A DNA stretch of 46,086 nt from a virus (lineage: Duplodnaviria > Heunggongvirae > Uroviricota > Caudoviricetes). The stretch lies in the IMG/VR virus record IMGVR_UViG_3300028591_000113, positions 1-46,086 of that record. The stretch is one strand, 5' to 3'. Position numbers and translations under genes: made by a program. The notes under the pieces are model-generated. The model worked only from the letters and a program-made list of their open reading frames with translations, was not told the DNA's origin and ran no database searches. Below, one piece after another: positions 35,650 through 41,794 of this stretch; within the stretch, counting starts at the first letter, position 1, and the number at the start of each line of letters is the position of its first letter.

Positions 35650-35910
35650 ATGAAAAAAGTTGTAATGTATGGCAAACATAGTAAAATTGCATTATACACT
35701 GGTAGTGAGACGGAATGTAAAAGATACATTCTAGGTATATGTGAACCGCTCGCAGACGGAAGACGTATCTATCGTAAGTTAGATATGCCAGACGGAACAG
35801 TCTATGATATAGGGCAACCCGTTATGTATCAAATTGTTGACGCGGCAGACGGAGAAATTGGTATCTACAATGAGCCAGACGGAAATCAGCCACCGATAAT
35901 AACGGGCTAG
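35650..35910 (+). CDS. Small hypothetical protein (86 aa)
   Basis: Own promoter; AGACGGAA abuts the ATG. Confidence 0.7.
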   Translation: MKKVVMYGKHSKIALYTGSETECKRYILGICEPLADGRRIYRKLDMPDGTVYDIGQPVMYQIVDAADGEIGIYNEPDGNQPPIITG

Positions 35911-36411
35911 ACGGAAATGAGAAAAAACCACTTGTTTCTCTACAAGTATTATGATATAATACTTGTATAGAGATAAGTAAAATGCTTATCCAAGTTGTCT
36001 TAAATCCTCCTTACAACTACATGCAGACGGAAACAAGAAAATCCCTCTTGTTTCTACATAGGTATTATGATATAATACTTATGTAGAGATAAGAAAGTTA
36101 GTAAGTCCCACAAAGAAGTGGGCAGACGGAAATCTCAAAAAGGTCTTGAATATCATTGAAAAAAATGATATAATAAAGACACAAGAGAAAATGAAAGAGT
36201 TGTAAGTCGCTTGAAACCAAGTAGGGCGCAGACGGAAATCAAAAAAATCTCTTGAATTGAAATCGCATTTATGATATAATAAATGTGTAAAGAAACTTAA
36301 CCCATCTTCCACTTTGAAAAGGAAACGGGCAGACGGAAAACTGAAAAACCACTTGAAAGATAATTCAAGTTATGCTATAATATCTATGTAAGATAAGAAA
36401 GGGGAAAAATT

Positions 36412-36687
36412 ATGGCAGAAAAGAAACAATGGGAAATGAACGAAACCCAAAAATCATTCGTTGAAATCTTAAGAGCAAATAGGGAAAACTACCCAGACGG
36501 AATGACCTTAAGAGAAATCAAAAAGGTCAGTGGTATCGCCTTCAAAACAGGTAGCATTAACACCTTAAAGACCAAAGGTCTTGTCAACACAGACGGAAAA
36601 CGTGAGTTCGTTGCCGATATCGTGTATGACAACGAAGTCATCGGTCATAAGTCCTATGCCGATACAGTCTACGCTCTCGTGGACTAA
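36412..36687 (+). CDS. Winged-helix-like putative DNA-binding protein, paralogue 1 (91 aa)
   Basis: Helix-helix-helix plus beta-wing pattern (MTLREIK...FKTGSINTLKTKGLV...VYALVD); clearly homologous to 41182. Confidence 0.65.
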   Translation: MAEKKQWEMNETQKSFVEILRANRENYPDGMTLREIKKVSGIAFKTGSINTLKTKGLVNTDGKREFVADIVYDNEVIGHKSYADTVYALVD

Positions 36688-37089
36688 TCGGTAGGCAAAG
36701 CCCAGACGGAAGGGCTTAAATGCCCTTCCCCCATTACAATGGGTTCAGACGGAATTTAACTACCTACCTTTCACCCGACTGAACCTATTGTAATGGGTGG
36801 GCACGCTCACCCAGACGGAAATCGGTTCTTCTAGTATACCACTCGCCTACGGAAAAGGAGAAAAGACTAGACGGAATTGTTTGGCTAACCGAGATTAACC
36901 AACCCCATGCCGTAGATATGGAACTAGACGGATGACGATTTCACCACTTTACCAAGAGCGCAGAAAGGGTTTAGAACACAACTAAGGATAAATGTGCGTA
37001 TTGGTCTAACTGAGCCGGAAGTAGGTTAGACCCCACGAGACGGAAAACATTAAAATCTCTTGTATCTCTATTGTTATTATGATATAATA

Positions 37090-37312
37090 ATAACATAAGG
37101 AGAACCCATTAAAGAGTTTCCACTACCACAACTGTGTGTGAAGAGGTTACCAAGTGAGCGCGTAGACGGAAAACTTTGACGAAAGTTTTTAAGGGGCTAT
37201 GTCCAAGACCAGAATAGGTTATCTAGATTATATAGCAGACTATCACACAACTATATAACTGTTGCCTTGCGGTAGACGGAAACTCTTTAATGGGGCGAAA
37301 TGAGAAAACTCC
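37090..37312 (+). ncRNA. Candidate ~200-nt structured small RNA
   Basis: Promoter at 37060-37088, no ORF, perfect 17-bp closing helix 37105-37121/37278-37294, internal hairpins. Confidence 0.5.
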
Positions 37313-37596
37313 AGACGGAAGCGAGTGAACTTCCCTTAAAATCACTCCAGTTAATTGGTTGCTGACCTAACCATCCGCGCAGACGGAAACCTCCTGCCCA
37401 TCTCCATTACTTACCATATCCCTTAATGTCGTTATTAAGTAGGTTATGAAAGTTGGAAAGTTGAAACTCACAGACGGAATAAGGATAACAACCTAAACGG
37501 AGACGGAATTAGAAACAAACTACTTGTTTCTAATAGGTATTATGATATAATACTTATATAGAGATAAGTTAAAAAAGGAAAGGAAGGTAGACGGAA

Positions 37597-38304
37597 ATGA
37601 GAAACTATAACACCTATCTAAAAGGTATGGAAAAAGGAAACAGCGAAAAACTATTCTTCTTAGACAAAATTAACCTAGACGGATTTAACACCATCATTGA
37701 CTTCGGTTGCGGCAAAGGTGATATATTGAAAGCGTGCGCAGACGGAAAGCGCTTACTCATTGGTATTGACCACGACCCTATTATGCGAGAAATCGCGCAA
37801 AAGAATGTGCCTAGTGCGACATTCTTACCTAAGTTAGAAAAACATATGCTAGACGGAAAAACTCTCATTATCTTCTCGTCTGTCCTTCACGAAATTGAAG
37901 ACTACTGGACGGAATTAGAGAAACTCCTCAAAGGTAGTCATGCAACAGTAGTCGTAAGAGATATGCGCTTTACTGGGACAGACGGAACATTAGACAAGAC
38001 GGAATTGGCTAAAATCGTTCATAAGTCTAACCCACATATGCTCGCTGAGTTCGTTGAAAGATATGGTTTGAGTAGACGGAAAGACCTCTATCATTGGCTC
38101 TTAAAGTATTCTTATGTTGACAACTGGGAATTAGAACTCAAAGAAAACTATTTCAGTTTTGATTACAGCAAACTCTTTGCGCTTGGTAAAGTAGTTTATG
38201 AAAATAACTATACACTAGCGTTCAAGAAAAAGAAAGTTAAACAAGATTACGATATTGATTTAACAGACGGAACACATACTCAGTTAATTATTAAGTTAGA
38301 CTAA
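37597..38304 (+). CDS. Class I SAM-dependent methyltransferase, 235 aa
   Basis: IIDFGCGKGD motif I, LIGID, IIFSSVLHEI. Confidence 0.85.
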   Translation: MRNYNTYLKGMEKGNSEKLFFLDKINLDGFNTIIDFGCGKGDILKACADGKRLLIGIDHDPIMREIAQKNVPSATFLPKLEKHMLDGKTLIIFSSVLHEIEDYWTELEKLLKGSHATVVVRDMRFTGTDGTLDKTELAKIVHKSNPHMLAEFVERYGLSRRKDLYHWLLKYSYVDNWELELKENYFSFDYSKLFALGKVVYENNYTLAFKKKKVKQDYDIDLTDGTHTQLIIKLD

Positions 38305-38318
38305 AAGGAGACGGAATT

Positions 38319-38552
38319 ATGACCTTAGAATTAACCTATAAAAGTGAAGGCACACTCAATGTCAACATTGATGAATGTGTTAAAGATTATAAACGACTAC
38401 TTGCAAACGGAAGCGATTGCACTGTTGAAGAATACGTTGATGACTTTTGGGCGGGATTAGATGACCCTATCTATTACTGTGATAACAACGAAGAATTACA
38501 GACGGAAATCTGTAATGCGATGAAAAAACAACTCGCCTTTGAAATAAACTAA
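38319..38552 (+). CDS. Small acidic hypothetical protein (77 aa)
   Basis: SD AAGGAG merged with GACGGAA. Confidence 0.7.
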   Translation: MTLELTYKSEGTLNVNIDECVKDYKRLLANGSDCTVEEYVDDFWAGLDDPIYYCDNNEELQTEICNAMKKQLAFEIN

Positions 38553-38567
38553 AAAGGAGACGGAATT

Positions 38568-38771
38568 ATGAGAAAAGTTTATGCGCTACTTGTAAAGAAA
38601 AATCATACCGACCACGGTTATCTCCCTGTTGCAGTTCAATTCTCTTTCAATAAAGAAGAATTAGACGGAATTGCGGAAGCCATTAACAATCAAGTAGACG
38701 GATGGGGTTCTGCAAAAGTGGAAGAAGTAGACGGAAGCGTTGCTGAATGGAACTTCCCACATCCATACTAG
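38568..38771 (+). CDS. Small hypothetical protein (67 aa)
   Basis: SD AAGGAG merged with GACGGAA. Confidence 0.7.
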   Translation: MRKVYALLVKKNHTDHGYLPVAVQFSFNKEELDGIAEAINNQVDGWGSAKVEEVDGSVAEWNFPHPY

Positions 38772-39083
38772 ACGGAAATGAGTGAAACTACTTGTTTCCT
38801 TAATGTAGATATGATATAATATCTATGTTAAAGAGATAAGTTAATCTCTAATCTACCATGACCAAGACGGAACAAGTCGACTAACCGTTGCGGGGTACAA
38901 TCCAAGGTCAGACGGAATTGTGAAAGTGAGTAGCGTGCCGCACTGGCATAAGTCGCGTGAAAATGGACACACACGGTAGACGGAAAATAAAAATTGCCTA
39001 TTTACAAGCAATTAAAAGCGTGCTATAATTAAGGCACAACAAAGGTAAGAAAAGAAAAAAAACGAAAGGAAGGTCAGACGGAA

Positions 39084-39701
39084 ATGAAAGTATTAGTTCT
39101 TGACACTGAAACATTAGGGGTCGCCGACCCATCAGTCTACAACTTTGGTTATCTAATTTATGATACCGTAGACGGAAAAACACTAGTAGAAAGAGATTAT
39201 ATCTCGACGGAAATCTACGACAACCACCGCGAAATGAGTAAGGCATTTTATAAAAATAAAATCCCACTCTATGAACAACGCTTAGCAGACGGAAGTTGTA
39301 AGAAAATGAAATGGTCTTATGTCTTGCGAATGTTCAAAAGGGACATTAACAAGTTTAAGCCAGACGGAATCTTCGCTTACAATAGTGGCTTTGACTTCCG
39401 CGCCATCGCAAAGACTTGCGAAAAGTTAGGGACTAAGACTAACCCTACATCACACGGAATTAGGGACATTTGGAAAGGTTTGACCGACCCGTTGATTACC
39501 TCAACTCCTGAGTATCAAGATTTCTGCAGACGGAATGGTTATATGACCAAGCACGCTAAACCAAAAGTTAGAGCGACCGCGGAAATTGTATACCGCTACC
39601 TTACGGGGCAGACGGAATACGAAGAAGAACACACTGCTCTTGCTGATAGTAAGATAGAATGTGTTATCCTACAAAGGGCGTTGGCAATTGCCAGCGCCTA
39701 G
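39084..39701 (+). CDS. DEDDh 3'-5' exonuclease, 205 aa
   Basis: VLVLDTET, FAYNSGFD, HTALAD motifs. Confidence 0.9.
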   Translation: MKVLVLDTETLGVADPSVYNFGYLIYDTVDGKTLVERDYISTEIYDNHREMSKAFYKNKIPLYEQRLADGSCKKMKWSYVLRMFKRDINKFKPDGIFAYNSGFDFRAIAKTCEKLGTKTNPTSHGIRDIWKGLTDPLITSTPEYQDFCRRNGYMTKHAKPKVRATAEIVYRYLTGQTEYEEEHTALADSKIECVILQRALAIASA

Positions 39702-39717
39702 ACGGAAAGGAGTAATT

Positions 39718-39939
39718 ATGGTAAAATTATCTATTACATTAGGCGATGATAACAACAAAGAATATCGCAAAGAAATTGAAGTAGAAGTAGACGGAACCAC
39801 CGCTCTTCTTATTAGAGACCGTTGTCGCACAGCCGACCCTGATGACTATGGTCGCGCGTGGGATAATATGCTCTATGCTATTGAAACACAATACCCAGAC
39901 TTACCACGAGATTGGTATGTCTACCACATTGAAAGATAA
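39718..39939 (+). CDS. Small hypothetical protein (73 aa)
   Basis: SD AGGAG favours ATG 39718. Confidence 0.7.
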   Translation: MVKLSITLGDDNNKEYRKEIEVEVDGTTALLIRDRCRTADPDDYGRAWDNMLYAIETQYPDLPRDWYVYHIER

Positions 39940-39951
39940 GGAGACGGAATT

Positions 39952-40362
39952 ATGTTAATTAAAGTTAAACAACCAGACGGAACAATAAGAGAAATTAACC
40001 TCAAAGATAGCGATATCCTCGAGTTCGCAGATTGGTGGAAACTTACACCACTCTCACCACAGACGGATGTTGATGATGCTTTCTATGAAGCCAACCAAAT
40101 TATTAGCGAAACCTTGGCTAATGAATATCCAAAAGACTTAGAAGATTATGGTTATGCTGAATGGGAATACGTTGAAGAAGACGGAATTGACTACCACGAT
40201 GTGTTCCATGATTACTTCCATGAAGTTATCAATGATTGGCAGACGGAAAGTAGAAAAAACTACTTCTTAGAACAACTTGATTATGGTTATGCCGACCTTG
40301 AATACTTCAAAGAAGATGATGAGTATGTCTACTTCCGCGCAAAACGAAGTGAGTTCAGATAA
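39952..40362 (+). CDS. Very acidic, aromatic-rich protein (136 aa), DNA-mimic candidate
   Basis: About 35 D/E residues with many Y/W/F; SD GGAG. Confidence 0.7.
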   Translation: MLIKVKQPDGTIREINLKDSDILEFADWWKLTPLSPQTDVDDAFYEANQIISETLANEYPKDLEDYGYAEWEYVEEDGIDYHDVFHDYFHEVINDWQTESRKNYFLEQLDYGYADLEYFKEDDEYVYFRAKRSEFR

Positions 40363-40396
40363 GAGAGACGGAATTGTCTCTCTTTTCTTTTTTTTT
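40363..40396 (+). terminator. Terminator closing the motif-rich early unit
   Basis: GAGAGAC-GGAATT-GTCTCTC followed by a long T-run. Confidence 0.85.
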
Positions 40397-40439
40397 ATGG
40401 ACGGAATTCCGTCTGGGCGTTCCGTCTATTCATCTTCCG

Positions 40440-40930
40440 TCTGCCATTGTAGGTTAATTGATTTCAATGATTATGTTGCTATTCTTTCCCGACAATCTTG
40501 TTATCCTACTTTGAAGTTAACCTACTTCGCGCCGTGCGGTTTGTAGGTTAATGGTCGCGGGGTGGGGCCCCAAATGTAGGTTAAAGAACCTTTAAGCAGC
40601 AGCAGCTATAAAGGATTTTTGGGACCTCGTAGGTTAAAAATTGGGGTTGAAAAAATTTTCTGTAGGTTAATAATGAACTTTTCCTTGACATTTCCGAATG
40701 TAGGTTAATACAGATTCCGCCTGCGGCGCGGTTGTAGGTTAAGTAGGTTAATTAAAGCAGCAGCAGCCGCACCATATTGCATATTTGGGGTTAACCTACA
40801 CTTTTGTGGGTTAATTTAGTTGTTAATTAGTACTTGACATAGGATCTTGTAGGTTAATAAAGTTAACAACTTTTTATAATATGTTTGTTGTTAGAAATTT
40901 TTCTGGACAAGATCGATTGTAGGTTAATAA
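40440..40930. repeat. Non-coding cluster of about 12 TAGGTTA (usually TGTAGGTTAA) copies in both orientations
   Basis: Plus-strand copies near 40449, 40545, 40577, 40630, 40663, 40700, 40735, 40743, 40850, 40920; minus-strand copies near 40519 and 40792. Confidence 0.9.
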
Positions 40931-40950
40931 AAAAATAAGTGAAGTTTTGC

Positions 40951-41151
40951 TTGAACTACCCGAACGGGTGTGCTATAATTATTTATGTAAGGTGAAAGAA
41001 GAAAAAGAATTAGAAAAAAATAATTCAAAAATGTCTTGACCGATACCCCAAAAATATGATATAATATATATGTAAGGTAAAGGAAGAAAGAAATTAAGAA
41101 TTAAAATCTAATTAAAAACTTCTTGACCTAACACAAAAGTTATGATATAAT
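40951..41151 (+). promoter_or_regulatory. Three tandem sigma70-type promoters upstream of winged-helix paralogue 2
   Basis: TTGAAC-17-TATAAT (40951), TTGACC-18-TATAAT (41036), TTGACC-17-TATAAT (41123). Confidence 0.75.
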
Positions 41152-41181
41152 TAAAGTATAAAGAAAAGGAGAAAATTAATT

Positions 41182-41445
41182 ATGGCTAACAAAAACACTT
41201 GGCAAATCAACGACACTCAAAAGGCTTTCTTAGAAGCCTTAAAGGCTAACAACGGTAAGGCTACCTTATTTGAATTAAACTACTTCAAGGGTTACAACTT
41301 CAAATCTGGTTCCATCAACGCCTTAATCGGTAAGGGCTTAGTCAAAGCCGAAGATGAAGTCACCTACGAATGTGACAAGGTCTACAACGGCGTCAAAGTC
41401 GGTACCGTTAAGGTCACTGCTAAGGTCTACGAATTAGTAGACTAA
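41182..41445 (+). CDS. Winged-helix-like putative DNA-binding protein, paralogue 2 (87 aa)
   Basis: W.IN.TQK.F.E.LKAN...TL.E....FKSGSIN.L..KGLV...VY.LVD shared with 36412; strong codon bias. Confidence 0.7.
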   Translation: MANKNTWQINDTQKAFLEALKANNGKATLFELNYFKGYNFKSGSINALIGKGLVKAEDEVTYECDKVYNGVKVGTVKVTAKVYELVD

Positions 41446-41468
41446 TAGTAGGGTAACCGAAAACTCAA

Positions 41469-41496
41469 AGGGGCAATAGCCCCTTTTTTTATTTTT
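41469..41496 (+). terminator. Rho-independent terminator
   Basis: AAGGGGC-AATA-GCCCCTT followed by a T-run. Confidence 0.85.
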
Positions 41497-41756
41497 ATGT
41501 TTTTAACCTACAATCGATCGGCTTTTTACCCGACGGAATTAACCTACAAATTATGTGGGTTAACCACCTTCCCCGAAATGTCGATCGTCACTTTTATGCA
41601 CTTTTTGCATGGAACCGCGCATCGTATAATCTTTAGTGAAGCAGCAAAAAAGGCTGGATTAAGGCAGCAGTTTATGGCATAATATATATGTAAGGTGAAA
41701 AAAGGAAATAAACAAAACCTTATGAAAAATAAATTAGCATAACATTGAAAAAGTTA

Positions 41757-41785
41757 TTGACTTAACTCGAAAAGTGTGCTATAAT
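41757..41785 (+). promoter_or_regulatory. Promoter TTGACT-N17-TG.TATAAT driving the ORF-less GC-rich segment
   Basis: Near-consensus hexamers with extended -10; no credible SD/ORF downstream. Confidence 0.8.
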
Positions 41786-41794
41786 TATTATACA

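Larger units (their letters stand above)
34249..39029 (+). promoter_or_regulatory. Series of 14 sigma70-type early promoters (TTG...-N17(16)-TG.TATAAT), each with AGACGGAA 14-15 nt upstream of -35
   Basis: -35 boxes start at 34249, 34816, 35165, 35256, 35576, 35932, 36048, 36146, 36252, 36353, 37060, 37524, 38792 and 39001. Confidence 0.88.
33475..40373 (+). repeat. Dispersed polar octamer AGACGGAA, about 75 exact copies plus 1-mismatch variants
   Basis: Manual count, roughly one copy per 90 bp, all exact copies in this interval on the plus strand. Only one copy was noticed in 1-33,400 (at ~14,326). Confidence 0.97.

Noticed and set aside
32854-39267. Minus-strand ORFs in the early region (32854, 34341, 34761, 34999, 35081, 36079, 37614, 38998)
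   Set aside because: Antisense shadows of plus-strand genes and promoters, with no SD or promoter support.
33475-40930. CRISPR array or mini-array
   Set aside because: Repeats are only 7-10 bp, irregularly spaced and embedded in genes; no constant repeat-spacer period and no cas genes.
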